From Macrostomum hystrix (lineage: Eukaryota > Animalia > Platyhelminthes): DNA of 64,000 nt. Below, in pieces: positions 63,215-64,000 of this stretch (its first letter is position 1; each line of letters starts with the position of its first letter). Where the stretch lies: positions 3,100,001-3,164,000 of the forward strand of contig CATNEN010000005.1 of the NCBI GenBank assembly GCA_950097015.1, given 5' to 3'. Below the pieces are notes generated by a model that saw nothing but the letters and a program-made list of their open reading frames with translations, was not told where the DNA came from and ran no database searches. Position numbers and translations under genes: made by a program.

Positions 63215-64000
63215 TTCTAGGATTATTGAGATTCTAAACTTCTAGGATTGGGATCTTAACTTCTATAATTGGGATTTTAACTTCTAGGATTGGGATCCAT
63301 AGTTCTAGGATTAAGATCTTAACTTCTAGGATTAAGATTCTAACTTCTAGAATTAGGATCTTAACTTCTAGAATTGGGATCTTAACTTCTAGAATTGGGA
63401 TCTTTTAAAGTCTAGAATTGAGATCCTAACTTCTAGAATTGGAATCCATAGTTCTAGGATTGGGAGCCTAACTTCTAGATTTTGGATCTTAACTTCTATA
63501 ATTGGGATTCTAACTTCTAGGATTGGGATCTTTACTTCTAGCATTGGGATTCTAACTTTTTAGCTTTGTGATTTTAACGTTTAGGATTGGGATTCTAACT
63601 TCTAGGATTAGGATCTTAACTTCTATGATTGGGATCTTAACTTCTATGATTGGGATCTTAACTTCTTGGATTGGGATCCATAGTTCTTGGATTGGGATCT
63701 TAACTTCTAGGATTGGGATCTTAACTTTTAGCATTGGGATTTCAACTTCTAGGATTGGGATCTTAACTTTTAGCATTGGGATTTCAACTTCTAGGATTAG
63801 GATCTTAACTTCTATGATTGGGATCTTAACTTCTTGGATTGGGATCCATAGTTCTTGGATTGGGATCTTAACTTCTAGGATTGGGATCTTAACTTTTAGC
63901 ATTGGGCTTTCAACTTCTAGGATTGGGATCTTAACTTCTAGGATTGGGATCTTAACTTTTAACATTGGGATTTCAACTTCTAGGATTGGGATCTTAACTT
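63215..64000. repeat. Minisatellite, 21-bp unit TTCTAGGATTGGGATCTTAAC, runs off the window end
   Basis: Tandem array visible directly. Confidence 0.95.

Noticed and set aside
63552-63965. Minus-strand (EVKIPIL)n ORF
   Set aside because: Translation of the 21-bp minisatellite downstream of U2AF2

Overview
Eukaryotic (invertebrate animal) genomic DNA with GT-AG introns. The low-complexity Ala/Gln/Pro-rich proteins and pervasive minisatellites suggest a free-living flatworm such as Macrostomum (inference only). Left to right: the 3' exons of a probable muscleblind-like gene, in introns packed with minisatellites and a tRNA-derived CORE-type SINE; a full-length but decayed Ty3/Gypsy LTR retrotransposon (LTRs, TSD, tRNA-Leu PBS, PPT, -1 frameshift signal with pseudoknot, two secondary insertions); a highly divergent SLC6/SNF-like transporter; an internally deleted hAT element nested in a tiny MITE; and a canonical WASP gene. 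Then comes a run of six minus-strand genes (HRD1/SYVN1, two DHRS1 paralogs, two unusual intronless WASP-like paralogs, LEPROT/Vps55), followed by U2AF65 on the plus strand. About a fifth of the window is minisatellite, each array with its own unit. Most interesting: (1) a three-gene WASP cluster in which one paralog has five tandem polyproline plus WH2-like modules and has lost its Arp2/3-binding tail, while the other carries two CA-like modules; (2) a candidate trans-spliced operon, including a DHRS1 gene with no usable ATG that would be completed exactly by the 3'-terminal AUG of a flatworm spliced leader; (3) an SLC6-like protein with remodelled TM1 gate/ion residues; (4) a ~670-nt polypyrimidine array inside the U2AF65 gene itself. 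All coordinates were counted by hand and repeat boundaries are approximate.
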